A stretch of 64,000 bases of DNA from Clostridia bacterium (GCA_017436915.1 JAFSCE010000014.1:1974-65973), one strand, 5' to 3'. Shown: positions 1 to 9,758, counted from the stretch's first letter. Notes: generated by a model from the sequence alone, not told the origin. Made by a program: numbers and translations.

Positions 1-2511
1 CATGCCGTCGAACATATCAAAGCCCTCCTTGCGGTACAACACGACCGGATCGTGCTGACCGTAAGCGCGCAGGTGGATACCCTTGCGCAGCTCATCCATG
101 TTATCAATATGATCCATCCAATAACGGTCAACGGTTTTCAGAAGCACGACACGCTCCAATTCGCGCATCAACGTCTCGCCGTACTCGGCCTCCTTGTTCT
201 CATAGACCGTTTCGGCACAGTCGATCAGTTTTTCGGTGAGATCGGCGCGTTCCAGATCTTCAAGTTCTTGGGCGGTAAAGTGCAGATCGCTCGGTAGGAG
301 TAGCCACCCGGTATAATATTCGCGAAGACCGTCGAGGTTCCATTCGTCGCGATCCGTATCACTCACGGTGTAACGGTTAACGGTTGCCTCAATCGATTCG
401 CGGATCATGCCCATGATGGACTGACGGACGTTCTCGCCGTCCAGCACCTTGTTGCGTTGATCGTAAATGAGTTCGCGCTGACGGTTCATCACGTCGTCAT
501 ACTGCAGCACGTTGCGGCGGATACCGAAGTTTCGCTCCTCCACGCGGTTTTGTGCGCTTTCAATGGCGTTTGACAGCATGCGATTCTCGATCGGCATCGT
601 TTCATCTACGCCGAGCATTTCCATAATGGTGTTCATGCGCTCGCCGCCAAACAGACGCATGAGATCGTCTTCCAGTGAAAGATAGAAGCGAGTGGTACCG
701 GGGTCGCCCTGACGACCGGCACGGCCGCGCAACTGGTTGTCGATACGGCGGGATTCGTGACGCTCGGTGCCAATGATATATAAGCCGCCTGCCGCCTTGA
801 CCGCTTCCTCTTCGGGACGGATCTCCTCGCGGTATTTATGTTCCAGTTGTTGGAACGTCTCGCGTGCGGACAAAATCTCCGCATCGTCGGTTTCGCCGAA
901 CGCGGTGGATTCAATGATCAGTTGTTCCGGAATACCCATGCGGCGCATTTCGGCTTTTGCCAAAAATTCCGCGTTACCGCCGAGCCGAATATCCGTACCG
1001 CGGCCCGCCATGTTGGTGGCGATGGTCACGGCACCGCATTTGCCCGCCTGGGCGACGATCTCGGCTTCCTTTTCGTGATGCTTCGCGTTGAGCACCTCAT
1101 GCGGGATACCGCGGTTTTTAAGCATCTTGGACAGTTTTTCGGATTTTTCGATCGAAATGGTACCAACCAGTACCGGTTGGTTGTGTTCATGGCACCGAAT
1201 GATTTGTTCGATAACGGCGTTAAACTTGCCGTTTTCGGTCTTGTAAACCACGTCCGGCAAATCGTTACGCACCATCGGCTTGTTGGTGGGGATCTCCACC
1301 ACGTCGAGATGATAGATCTGCTGGAATTCGGTTTCTTCGGTCATTGCCGTACCGGTCATACCGGACAGCTTAGCATACAGACGGAAATAATTCTGGAACG
1401 TGATGGTGGCGAGCGTTTTACTTTCGCGCTCAACTTTCACGTTTTCCTTCGCCTCGATTGCCTGGTGCAGACCTTCGTTATATCGTCTGCCGAACATCAA
1501 ACGGCCGGTAAATTCATCCACAATGATGACCTGACCGTCTTTCACGACGTAGTCGATATCGCGGGACATGACGCCGCGCGCTTTGATGGCTTGATTGATG
1601 TGGTGCAACAGGGTGACGTTGTCGGGATCCATGAGATTTTCCACGTGGAAATATTGCTCCGCCTTTTTCACACCACTCTGCGTTAAGGTGGCGGTACGGG
1701 CTTTTTCGTCCACGATATAGTCACCGTCGACGGTATCTTGCTCCGCTTTGGTATCCATTTCCTTGATCTTGAACACACGCAGGGTGCGGGCGAATTTATC
1801 CGCCTGGTTATACATGTCGGTGGATTTATCGCCCTGGCCGGAGATGATAAGGGGGGTGCGCGCTTCGTCCACCAAGATCGAGTCGACCTCGTCGACGATG
1901 GCATAATGATGCCCGCGCTGTACCTTGCGTTCTTTGTAGATCACCATGTTATCGCGCAGGTAATCAAACCCGAGCTCGTTATTCGTGCCGTAGGTAATAT
2001 CGGCGGCATATGCCGCACGGCGGGCGTCGTTATCCAGATCGTGAACGATCAGGCCAACGGTAAGTCCCAAATAGCGATAGACCTTGCCCATCCACTCGCT
2101 GTCACGGCGGGCGAGGTAATCGTTGACCGTGACGATGTGAACGCCTTTACCCGTCAAGGCGTTAAGATAGGCGGGGAGAGTAGCCACCAGTGTTTTACCT
2201 TCACCGGTCTTCATTTCCGCAATACGGCCTTGATGCAAAATAATACCACCGATGATCTGCACGGGAAACGGACGCATGCCGAGCACGCGGTCACACGCTT
2301 CGCGGCAGGTGGCAAACGCTTCCGGCAGAATATCGTCCGTGCTTTCACCCGACGCTAAACGGTCGCGCAACACTTCGGTCTGCGCTTTCAGCGTTTGCTC
2401 ATCCATGGCACGGTAGGTTTCTTCCAAGGCAAGCACGCGATCACACAGCGGCCCGACGCGTTTGAGCTCGCGCTTGCTATAATCACCGAACAGGGTTTTT
2501 AAGAATCCCAT
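1..2511 (-). CDS. secA: Preprotein translocase ATPase SecA (N-terminal ~836 codons; C-terminus lies beyond the window edge)
   Basis: The minus-strand frame is open from position 1 to the ATG at 2511-2509. My translation starts [19 protein letters not shown] and contains [31 protein letters not shown] and [16 protein letters not shown], which are SecA DEAD-motor motifs. It is absent from the ORF track because it runs off the edge. Confidence 0.95.
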   Translation of the reverse strand, partial: MGFLKTLFGDYSKRELKRVGPLCDRVLALEETYRAMDEQTLKAQTEVLRDRLASGESTDDILPEAFATCREACDRVLGMRPFPVQIIGGIILHQGRIAEMKTGEGKTLVATLPAYLNALTGKGVHIVTVNDYLARRDSEWMGKVYRYLGLTVGLIVHDLDNDARRAAYAADITYGTNNELGFDYLRDNMVIYKERKVQRGHHYAIVDEVDSILVDEARTPLIISGQGDKSTDMYNQADKFARTLRVFKIKEMDTKAEQDTVDGDYIVDEKARTATLTQSGVKKAEQYFHVENLMDPDNVTLLHHINQAIKARGVMSRDIDYVVKDGQVIIVDEFTGRLMFGRRYNEGLHQAIEAKENVKVERESKTLATITFQNYFRLYAKLSGMTGTAMTEETEFQQIYHLDVVEIPTNKPMVRNDLPDVVYKTENGKFNAVIEQIIRCHEHNQPVLVGTISIEKSEKLSKMLKNRGIPHEVLNAKHHEKEAEIVAQAGKCGAVTIATNMAGRGTDIRLGGNAEFLAKAEMRRMGIPEQLIIESTAFGETDDAEILSARETFQQLEHKYREEIRPEEEAVKAAGGLYIIGTERHESRRIDNQLRGRAGRQGDPGTTRFYLSLEDDLMRLFGGERMNTIMEMLGVDETMPIENRMLSNAIESAQNRVEERNFGIRRNVLQYDDVMNRQRELIYDQRNKVLDGENVRQSIMGMIRESIEATVNRYTVSDTDRDEWNLDGLREYYTGWLLLPSDLHFTAQELEDLERADLTEKLIDCAETVYENKEAEYGETLMRELERVVLLKTVDRYWMDHIDNMDELRKGIHLRAYGQHDPVVLYRKEGFDMFDGM

Positions 2512-2601
2512 AACGGAACACCTCGTTTGACATTAGATACTGGTATCATACCATAAAATAAAGGGGGATACAAGCGAAAAGAGAAAACTTCGAAAAATCT
2601 C

Positions 2602-2630
2602 TTGACGAGAGAAACGTTGTTTGTTATAAT
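2602..2630 (+). promoter_or_regulatory. Sigma-A type promoter for tRNA-Thr
   Basis: TTGACG (2602-2607), a 17-nt spacer, then TATAAT (2625-2630), about 18 nt upstream of the tRNA 5' end. Confidence 0.6.
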
Positions 2631-2647
2631 ACAAGGGCTGTCAATAT

Positions 2648-2723
2648 GCTACCGTGGCTCAGCAGGTAGAGCAGCTCACTCGTAATGAGCAGGTCGTCCG
2701 TTCGAATCGGATCGGTAGCTCCA
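2648..2723 (+). tRNA. tRNA-Thr (anticodon CGT)
   Basis: 76-nt cloverleaf. The acceptor GCTACCG pairs with CGGTAGC, the anticodon stem-loop is GCTCA-CTCGTAA-TGAGC, the T-loop is TTCGAAT, and CCA is encoded. Confidence 0.95.
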
Positions 2724-2757
2724 AAAATCCTCGTTCTCCGGAACGGGGATTTTTTGT
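2724..2757 (+). terminator. Rho-independent terminator after tRNA-Thr
   Basis: AAAATCCTCGTT and AACGGGGATTTT form a hairpin, followed by a T-run. Confidence 0.6.
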
Positions 2758-2847
2758 CTAAAGCATCAAACGCCGTATATCATATGACCCTTGCACCAAT
2801 GGTGCGGATATGGTATACTACACAAAGAAAAAAAGGGGGGGAGAACC

Positions 2848-3897
2848 GTGAAAAAAGTTTTGGTCGGCATGAGCGGCGGTGTGGACAGCTCCGCGGCGGT
2901 GTGGCTGTTGCAACAACAGGGCTACGAAGTCGAGGGCGTGACCTTGTTGCTCACCGAGGGTAGCGCGTGCGGTTCTTCCCGCGACGTGGAGGACGCGCGC
3001 TTAACGGCAAAACGGCTCGGGATCGCACATCGAGTGTTGGATGAACGGCAGTGGTTTCGCGATACCGTGATCCGTAATTTTACCGATACGTATGCCGCGG
3101 GTGCCACGCCCAATCCATGCATTGTGTGCAACCGTGAAGTAAAATTCGGCAGATTGCTCAAACGTGCGTTAGAAGAGGGCTTTGATGCCGTCGCGACAGG
3201 GCATTATGCTCGCGTGGAACAAGCAGAAAGCGGCCGTTTCTTGCTAAAAAAAGCGGTGGATGCATCCAAGGATCAGAGCTACGTGCTATATTCGTTGACA
3301 CAAGAGCAGTTGTCGCACGTGCTGTTTCCACTCGGTGACCGTTTCAAAGCCGATCTGCGCATACTCGCCGCAGAAAAGGGCTGGGAGTCCGCGAACAAGC
3401 CGGACAGTCAGGATATCTGCTTCATCCCGGACGGCGATTACGCGGCGTTTTTGGAGCAAAAAATGGGCATCCCGCGTGAGCCGGGTGATTTTGTGGACAT
3501 GGATGGGAAGATCATCGGCAAACACACCGGTATGATCGGGTATACCGTCGGTCAGCGAAAGGGGCTGGGTGTCGCATTCGGTGAGCCGCGGTTCGTGGTG
3601 CGCAAGGATGCTGCTCGCAATACGGTAACGCTCGGCAAAAGCGAGGATCTGTTCACAAACACGTTGGTTGCGGATCGCCTCAATTGGATATCGATCCCGA
3701 CACTGACAGTACCGATGACGGTTACCGCCAAAACGCGGTACTCGCAGCGGGAAGCAGAGGCGGTAATTGAGCCGTACGGTGCTTTACGGGTGAAAGTAAC
3801 CTTTTCGGATCCGCAACGCGCGATCACGGTCGGGCAAGCGGTCGTGTTTTACGACGGTGATACGGTGGTCGGCGGCGGTACGATTACAGAAGCATAA
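2848..3897 (+). CDS. mnmA: tRNA-specific 2-thiouridylase MnmA
   Basis: The GTG start follows a G-rich RBS (AAAGGGGGGGAG). The N-terminus KKVLVGMSGGVDSS is a PP-loop motif. PNPCIVCN, ATGHYAR and DQSY motifs are present. Confidence 0.9.
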   Translation: MKKVLVGMSGGVDSSAAVWLLQQQGYEVEGVTLLLTEGSACGSSRDVEDARLTAKRLGIAHRVLDERQWFRDTVIRNFTDTYAAGATPNPCIVCNREVKFGRLLKRALEEGFDAVATGHYARVEQAESGRFLLKKAVDASKDQSYVLYSLTQEQLSHVLFPLGDRFKADLRILAAEKGWESANKPDSQDICFIPDGDYAAFLEQKMGIPREPGDFVDMDGKIIGKHTGMIGYTVGQRKGLGVAFGEPRFVVRKDAARNTVTLGKSEDLFTNTLVADRLNWISIPTLTVPMTVTAKTRYSQREAEAVIEPYGALRVKVTFSDPQRAITVGQAVVFYDGDTVVGGGTITEA

Positions 3898-3901
3898 CAA
3901 C

Positions 3902-3935
3902 AAGAGGCACACTTCCTTGGGAAGTGTGCCTCTTT
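3902..3935. terminator. Bidirectional hairpin terminator between the convergent mnmA and amidotransferase genes
   Basis: AAGAGGCACACTTCC, a TTGG loop, then GGAAGTGTGCCTCTT. Confidence 0.6.
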
Positions 3936-3945
3936 GCATATACGG

Positions 3946-4647
3946 TTATCGACAAGCATCAACGAATGCACAGAACAGTTTGTTGCTGACCTCGTCATCT
4001 TGGAACGTGCGCTCGGGATGCCATTGTATGCAGAACAGCCACGAATCGTCGGTGCTTTCAATGGCTTCGATCAGCCCGCCCGGGGCGTTCGCTGCCACCC
4101 GCATACCGGGTGCCACCTTCAAAACAGCTTGATGATGGAAACTGTTGACGGTGCATTCCTCCACACCCAAGATTTTGTGCAGGCGGGTTCCCGGTACGAT
4201 GTTCATGGAATGCCAAGCCGGCACCAAATTTGGAATGCTGTGCACCAGCCCGTCGTTGTACTGGGACGGCACATCCTGATACAACGTGCCGCCGAGCAGC
4301 GCATTGACTAATTGCGCACCGCGACAGATGCCGAGGATCGGTTTTCCCGCCTCTCGGAACATCTCAAACAGACGGCTCTCGGTGCGATCACGACTGGGAC
4401 AGGCGGGGCCGCATTTTTCGTGCCGTTCTTCACCGTAATACGACGGATCCACGTCAGGTCCGCCCGAGATCATTAAGCCGTCACACAGGTCTACCCAAGA
4501 GCGGAGAAGCGACTCGTCCTCGGTGCAATAGAGCAGGATCGGCACGGCGCCGTGCACGGCAACAGAGTTCATATAGGTGGGGATCAAACTGATTTCTTCG
4601 TTTTCCTCGTTGTAACGGCAGGTAACGCCGATGAGTGGTCTTTTCAT
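3946..4647 (-). CDS. Class I glutamine amidotransferase-like / gamma-glutamyl-GABA hydrolase family (peptidase C26, PuuD-like)
   Basis: Carries MKRPLIGVT, the GICRGAQL nucleophile elbow and a WHPE segment typical of the C26 family. Confidence 0.8.
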   Translation of the reverse strand: MKRPLIGVTCRYNEENEEISLIPTYMNSVAVHGAVPILLYCTEDESLLRSWVDLCDGLMISGGPDVDPSYYGEERHEKCGPACPSRDRTESRLFEMFREAGKPILGICRGAQLVNALLGGTLYQDVPSQYNDGLVHSIPNLVPAWHSMNIVPGTRLHKILGVEECTVNSFHHQAVLKVAPGMRVAANAPGGLIEAIESTDDSWLFCIQWHPERTFQDDEVSNKLFCAFVDACR

Positions 4648-5415
4648 TTATAATTTCTCCAGATATTCACATAACACTTGCGCGATACCGCCTTGGTCGT
4701 ACGGAGCGGTGACGCGGTCGGCGATGGCTTTCACGCGCTCATCGGCGTTGCCCATAGCGACACCGATACCGACGTACTCGAGCATATCGTAGTCGTTCAT
4801 ACTATCCCCGAACGCGATGCTTTGTTCACGGGGAAGATTCAATGCGGTGAGCATTCTTTGGATACCGTTTGATTTTGAACAGCCCTTCGGAACAAGCTCC
4901 GCATAGGTTGGATGCTGAATGACGTCCAGTGCTCCTTGTGAAGTGGCCAAAACGGCAGAGGGAATTTCGCCGTACACGGTGAGTTTCGAGGTGACCTCCT
5001 CGCCATACCGCTCCTGCCACTCGGCGGCGGTATAAATGCGGGGATACGCCGCCACCAATTTTTGAGCGGAGGGGGAGGCAAGCTGCACCATGTTTCGTTC
5101 GGTTTCCATAATGAGTGTGGCACTCGATTGCTCAAATAACCGCTGGATCGGGAGCAATACCGAATTGGGTACGGCGGTGCGATACAGCAGCTGTTCGCCG
5201 AGCACCACGTAAGCGCCGGCACCGGCGATGATGCCGTCAAATCCGATGTCCAGAACGGCGGGATACAGATAGCCGGCGGAGCGGCCGGTACACAAAAACA
5301 AATAATTGCCGCGCGCGCGGAACGCGCGCATCGCCTCGACGTCTACGGCGGCAGGCGGCTGATTGTGCATCGCCAGCGTGCCGTCCAGATCGAAAAAAGC
5401 GGCAAATGGAAGCAT
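4648..5415 (-). CDS. HAD-superfamily hydrolase, Cof-type (subfamily IIB)
   Basis: Carries FFDLDGTL (motif I), a CTGR segment and GDSMNDYDML (motif IV). I prefer the ATG at 5415, which follows AAGGAAAGG, over the track start at 5445, which sits almost on the predicted transcription start. Confidence 0.8.
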   Translation of the reverse strand: MLPFAAFFDLDGTLAMHNQPPAAVDVEAMRAFRARGNYLFLCTGRSAGYLYPAVLDIGFDGIIAGAGAYVVLGEQLLYRTAVPNSVLLPIQRLFEQSSATLIMETERNMVQLASPSAQKLVAAYPRIYTAAEWQERYGEEVTSKLTVYGEIPSAVLATSQGALDVIQHPTYAELVPKGCSKSNGIQRMLTALNLPREQSIAFGDSMNDYDMLEYVGIGVAMGNADERVKAIADRVTAPYDQGGIAQVLCEYLEKL

Positions 5416-5457
5416 AGTAAGGATCCTTTCCTTTGTTTCGCCCATGGTTGCAACCTC

Positions 5458-5486
5458 GTTATATCACCATAGAATCCGCGTGTCAA
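5458..5486 (-). promoter_or_regulatory. Sigma-A type promoter for the HAD/amidotransferase pair
   Basis: The minus strand reads TTGACA, a 17-nt spacer, then TATAAC. Confidence 0.45.
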
Positions 5487-5580
5487 GCAAAAAAGAACAG
5501 GCTAATCACCTAATACAAAAAATGGACAAATTCAACAAAGCAACTTCCCCAAAGCGCTTGTTGACAGAAAATAAAACGGT

Positions 5581-6177
5581 TTAAGTGAAATGAAACACCG
5601 GTGAGAAGCCCATGAGCGCAAGCGCGAGCAAGCCGAGATACACAAGCGTTGCGGGAAGACCGCGGAACGACGAGGGAATATCGGGGTTATCCATACGTTC
5701 GGCTGCCTCTGCGGTCATCGAAGACAGAAAGAGAAAGCCAAGCGCGGCGCCGGCAGCGAGCCCCAAAGCGGGCAAAAAGGATACCGATACCTGTAGGTTT
5801 AATAACAACGCCACACCAACAACCAAGTTGTTGAAAGCGGCAAGCGACAGCAAGTGCCGTACACGGCGGTACATCGTTTCAAAACGGCTGAGGATCACGA
5901 TAGAAAGCAAATATAGTAGACAGACGATACCCACGATAATGACCGGGCGCAGCATCCGCACCCACCATGTGGCAGCAAGAAGCTGATCGATGGGGTAAAA
6001 GATGGCGGTCGTGATCACCGAAAAGCACAAAACCATTCCGCCAAAACGAAGTAGCTGACGGGGATTACGGTTGATTTTAAGCATCACCGAGGAATCAAAA
6101 CCGGCAGTGAGTACCAAGTTCTGCATGGTGGCGGCGATGAGAAAAACCAAGATGGTCGTAACAACGGTATTCATCAA
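5581..6177 (-). CDS. RnfA/NqrE-family membrane protein, divergent (both conserved Cys absent)
   Basis: Collinear with E. coli RsxA. QNLVLTAGFDSSV aligns with NNFVLVKFLGLCPF, AFNNLVVGVALLLN with TTNCAVLGVALLN, and PSSFRGLPATLVYLGLLALALMGFS with [25 protein letters not shown]. Confidence 0.8.
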   Translation of the reverse strand: MMNTVVTTILVFLIAATMQNLVLTAGFDSSVMLKINRNPRQLLRFGGMVLCFSVITTAIFYPIDQLLAATWWVRMLRPVIIVGIVCLLYLLSIVILSRFETMYRRVRHLLSLAAFNNLVVGVALLLNLQVSVSFLPALGLAAGAALGFLFLSSMTAEAAERMDNPDIPSSFRGLPATLVYLGLLALALMGFSPVFHFT

Positions 6178-6809
6178 ACGTCCACCTCCTGTGACTCGTT
6201 ACGGTGCAGCAATTTTTTGATCCACTGCAGGGTAGCAGCCATAAAACCGAGTAGGATAAAGCCGATAAAGGGATGTGCGGCTTCGGGGAAACGGGCTTCG
6301 TATCCGAGCGGGATGTTCCAAAGTGTTCCGTTGATCGCCATTTCCCGCAGTGCTGAAGCAACGCACAAGACCAAGCTGAAACCGAGCGCCGTACCAACGG
6401 AATCTGCCAACATTACCAAAAGAGTTGAACGGGCAACGGGTGGCGCGATGGCAGAACGGTAGGTATATAAAGTGTTTACTGCCATCAGTGGTAAAAACAG
6501 ATATAAGTGTGCATAGATCTCGGTAGAAATGAATCGAAGAGAAACCGAGGTGCCAAACAGCAAAAGAGAGGAAAGTAAGACGTACACGATCGGTTGCAGA
6601 CGAGTGGCAATATGTTTTGAAAGCAGGGCGAATAGCAAATCGGAGAGCACCAACGTCACAACGGTGCACACAGACAAGGCGACGCCGTAACGCAGGTTAA
6701 TACCCATTGCCAAAATCGGGCAGAGCCCCAGTGCTTGAACAAGCACGACATTTTGAGGCAAAAAGGCATGCCAAACCGTTGATGCGAAAGTATGTATGGC
6801 AGGTTTCAT
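6174..6809 (-). CDS. RnfE/NqrD-family membrane protein, divergent
   Basis: Carries QNVVLVQALGLCPILA and LREMAINGTLWN, matching RsxE. The start at 6809 overlaps the upstream stop (ATGA). The second conserved Cys motif reads AVNTLY. Confidence 0.8.
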   Translation of the reverse strand: MKPAIHTFASTVWHAFLPQNVVLVQALGLCPILAMGINLRYGVALSVCTVVTLVLSDLLFALLSKHIATRLQPIVYVLLSSLLLFGTSVSLRFISTEIYAHLYLFLPLMAVNTLYTYRSAIAPPVARSTLLVMLADSVGTALGFSLVLCVASALREMAINGTLWNIPLGYEARFPEAAHPFIGFILLGFMAATLQWIKKLLHRNESQEVDV

Positions 6810-7792
6810 CGAGGTGACACCTCCTCTTTCCGGCGATGCAGCCACGTTACCAAATGCCAGCAACCGCGATCCAGCAGCAGTGAGAACGAATTGACCAGCA
6901 TAACCGCAAAGAATTCGCAACATTCAAAACGGCCGAAGTGGCGGAGCAACATGGTCAAGACAGCAGCTATAACACCGTACAAGATGCGGGCAAGCCAAAA
7001 GCGTGGTGCGGTAACGGGGTCACTGAGCAAAAACACACCGGAGAACAACAGAAGACCGGTGCAAAGCTCCAGGGATACGCTGGTAGAGGCGGCAATCTCT
7101 GCGCGCGGGAACAGCGCCGCGCCGATCGCACAAACGATCAGATACGGGATTAAGATCAGGGGGGAGGATGAGCGGCGCACGAACAGATACAGCGCACAAG
7201 CGAGCAAAATCAGCACGCCGGTTGATCCGATCGGACCGGGAAAATCACCACTGAGCAAAGAAATCCAGCCATACGAGGTCGTGCCGCCGCTGTTAAGCTG
7301 TGCGGTAGGGGATGCCGCTGTGATCACCGCAGAGGTATCAAGCAGCGGCAGCGAATTCGTTAAGGTTGGGTCAGGATACACAAACAGACGCGTGGGGAAA
7401 CAAACAGCGCAAAACGCCATGCCGGCTGCGGCAGGGTTGAAAATATTTCGGCCCGTTCCGCCAAACGGCATTTTAGCAATACCGATGGCAAACACAGAGC
7501 CGATCGCGGGCACCCAGAACGGAGTCAATGGTGACATCATTGCGCCGATCAGTCCGCCCGTTACCAACGAGGTGGCATCTGACATCGATGGGCGGCCGTG
7601 ACGAAACAAGCCGCAGATAAATTCGGTGAGTACCGCGCTGATAACGCCGGATAACACCAGCAAGAGCGGGCGGATGCCGTAGTGCAAGCAGGAAAAGGCC
7701 GTGAGCGGAACCAAGCATAGCAGTACGCCGAACGATTGGTAGGCGGGACGTTGTGCTTCGCGCAGATGCGGAGCAGGAGAAGCTTTAAGCAT
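6806..7792 (-). CDS. RnfD/NqrB-family membrane protein, divergent
   Basis: Polytopic membrane protein starting MLKASPAPHLREAQ, a typical RnfD N-terminus. The ATG at 7792 overlaps the stop of the upstream gene (ATGCTTAA). The track start at 8008 lies inside the upstream gene. Confidence 0.8.
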   Translation of the reverse strand: MLKASPAPHLREAQRPAYQSFGVLLCLVPLTAFSCLHYGIRPLLLVLSGVISAVLTEFICGLFRHGRPSMSDATSLVTGGLIGAMMSPLTPFWVPAIGSVFAIGIAKMPFGGTGRNIFNPAAAGMAFCAVCFPTRLFVYPDPTLTNSLPLLDTSAVITAASPTAQLNSGGTTSYGWISLLSGDFPGPIGSTGVLILLACALYLFVRRSSSPLILIPYLIVCAIGAALFPRAEIAASTSVSLELCTGLLLFSGVFLLSDPVTAPRFWLARILYGVIAAVLTMLLRHFGRFECCEFFAVMLVNSFSLLLDRGCWHLVTWLHRRKEEVSPR

Positions 7793-9077
7793 CGGTATCC
7801 TCCTTCCATTCGACGGAAATGGCGTTGCCGGCGGTTTTTGCTTCTTCAATAACGGCGGCAAGGTCAATACCGCACGGGCAGATATACGAACACGCGTTAC
7901 AGCCGTCGCACAGATGAGGAGATAGCGAAGCGAGCCGTTCGTAGTGCATGTTTTGATAGCGGCGGTTGATCTCAAACGGTAACAGCCCCTTGTGGCAGGC
8001 CTGTACACATCGACCGCAGCCGATGCAGGTGCGGGTGGTAACGGGGCGGATTGCTTTGGCGGTAAAGGCCAAAATACAGGTCATACCCGGCAAGATCGGC
8101 ACGTCCGAGGTGAGGGCTGCCGTGCCGGTCATTTGTTCGCCTAACACGAGATAATCCGGCGGTTCGGTCAAGCCACAATGTTCCAACACCTGCTGCACCG
8201 TTGTGCCAAAAGGAACGGATACGTTTTGCGGATGAGGAACAGCGTCTCCGGCGACCGTGACGGTGCAACGGCTGTGCACTTCCCCTAAATATAACGCGCG
8301 ATACAGCGCCAAGCACGCTTGCACGCCGATGCGGTATACGCGTGAGCTGCGTTTCACCGTGCCTCGACCGTCGCGTTTACCGTAACGTACCGGATCGGCT
8401 TTCGGATAATAGGAATCGGTTTGATAAAGATACTCTTTGCCGATGCGCAGGGCGATCGAGCGCCGCCGATGTCCCGAAAGGCAAACGGCAATATGATAGC
8501 GCTCAGCACCGATACACAGCGCGGCAAGGCGAAGCCCCTCCAACACGTTTTCGGCATGGTCACGCAGGACCGCCCAAGCACTGGAAGAATAGGGCTCGAT
8601 CTCAATGCCGTCGGCGACTAAAAAGTCGCAGCCGGTTTCTTGCCATTCGCGCAGTTTTAAAATCAGCGGGACGCCGTCCAATTCGTCAATGACATCCAAT
8701 CGCTCCGCGGTTTCAAGAATCAACTCGGGGGTGATCGTTTCGGGAAGTAATACCGGCACCTCGGGTGCGGGAACGTCGGGAACACAATCAATGACGGCAC
8801 AGTTAAGAGTGCCGTACAAGGGGTGCTGGATTATCCGTTCGCCACTCACTGCGCCCATGACGCTTGAACAGACCGTGGCGAGCGGATCATTCTCGATGAC
8901 CGCCAAGGGAGTGCCTCTGTTGACGGTGTCGTATAAAGAAACGGCAGGAACGACCGCCGCTTCGGTGGCAAAGGAAAAGGGGAGAATGACTTGTGAAATT
9001 TGTGTCAACTCCGCTGTCGGCCGTGAGATGGCGGGTTCCTTTTGGAACAACAGCCGAATCCCATGTCGAGAAAGCAT
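7785..9077 (-). CDS. RnfC-like iron-sulfur protein lacking the flavin/NADH glycine loop
   Basis: The C-terminus carries two 4Fe-4S motifs, CIGCGRCVQAC and CDGCNACSYICP. The central segment DFLVADGIEIEPY aligns with the RnfC/PduS TLI(L/I)N.AECEP segment. The ATG at 9077 follows AAAGGGTGTGG. Confidence 0.75.
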   Translation of the reverse strand: MLSRHGIRLLFQKEPAISRPTAELTQISQVILPFSFATEAAVVPAVSLYDTVNRGTPLAVIENDPLATVCSSVMGAVSGERIIQHPLYGTLNCAVIDCVPDVPAPEVPVLLPETITPELILETAERLDVIDELDGVPLILKLREWQETGCDFLVADGIEIEPYSSSAWAVLRDHAENVLEGLRLAALCIGAERYHIAVCLSGHRRRSIALRIGKEYLYQTDSYYPKADPVRYGKRDGRGTVKRSSRVYRIGVQACLALYRALYLGEVHSRCTVTVAGDAVPHPQNVSVPFGTTVQQVLEHCGLTEPPDYLVLGEQMTGTAALTSDVPILPGMTCILAFTAKAIRPVTTRTCIGCGRCVQACHKGLLPFEINRRYQNMHYERLASLSPHLCDGCNACSYICPCGIDLAAVIEEAKTAGNAISVEWKEDTDA

Positions 9078-9126
9078 ATTGCCACACCCTTTCTGTAAAG
9101 TCAAAAGAATTCCAAAATTTAACCTC

Positions 9127-9155
9127 TTGCAAAGAGCTTGTACCCTTAATATGAT
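9127..9155 (+). promoter_or_regulatory. Candidate sigma-A promoter for the mecA-like gene
   Basis: TTGCAA, a 17-nt spacer, then TATGAT. The RBS AAAGGAGG lies before the ATG at 9192. Confidence 0.4.
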
Positions 9156-9191
9156 AATGATATACGGTCCTTTGCAAAGGAGGAACTAGCG

Positions 9192-9758
9192 ATGAAAATA
9201 GAACCGCTGAACAGCGGTGATTTACGAATATGGATGACCGATGACGAACTGTGCCGCTGGGGATTGCGGTTAGATGACATGAAGGCAGGCAAGCCCGAGA
9301 CGAGTCGCACCATACGGCGGTTGCTCGGCATTGCCAGACAGCGTCAAGCGTTTTCCGGCAACGGCAGTGTACTGGTAGAAGCCCTGCCGCTTGATGGCGG
9401 TTGTTTGTTTTTGTTCAGCTCGCCCGATCGTTTTGCCTCGATAGCGGCTTTGCCGCAGGTGTATACCCTGGACTCGGCGGAAGCAGTGTTGCAGTTCGGA
9501 GAACGGTTGTCCGCCAAAGGGCAGGAGTACCTACCGCCTGCTTCACTGTATCGTCAGGGGGAGGGGTACGTGCTGATTTTATACAGGGGGCTTGGCACGG
9601 CAGGCGGTTGCCGCCGCTTGTTGCAAGAATTCGGTCGCTGTACGGGCGAAGGGTACGTTGCCGCCGCCTACGTGGAAGAACACAGTCAGCCGATCACGGT
9701 TGGGAATGCACTGCAGCGCCTGTGCGCAGCGTATGGATCTCTGCCACCAACGCTTTAG
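9192..9758 (+). CDS. mecA: MecA-like adaptor protein (ClpC adaptor family)
   Basis: The N-terminus MKIEPLNSGDLRIWMTDDELCRWG parallels B. subtilis MecA MEIERINEHTVKFYMSYGDIEDRG. The C-terminal YRQGEGYVLILY and EEHSQPI segments parallel the MecA C-domain. Confidence 0.6.
   Translation: MKIEPLNSGDLRIWMTDDELCRWGLRLDDMKAGKPETSRTIRRLLGIARQRQAFSGNGSVLVEALPLDGGCLFLFSSPDRFASIAALPQVYTLDSAEAVLQFGERLSAKGQEYLPPASLYRQGEGYVLILYRGLGTAGGCRRLLQEFGRCTGEGYVAAAYVEEHSQPITVGNALQRLCAAYGSLPPTL

Noticed and set aside
6806-8008. Long N-terminal extensions in the ORF track. Examples are the rnfD-like gene starting at 8008, the GH3 at 42014, the TIM-barrel gene at 40950, the AraM-like gene at 39617, rpe at 10413, BMC-P at 15687 and EamA at 44661.
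   Set aside because: The extensions overlap the preceding gene or a terminator or promoter, lack an RBS, and are not part of the conserved family N-termini. Internal ATGs preceded by GGAGG-like sites were used instead.
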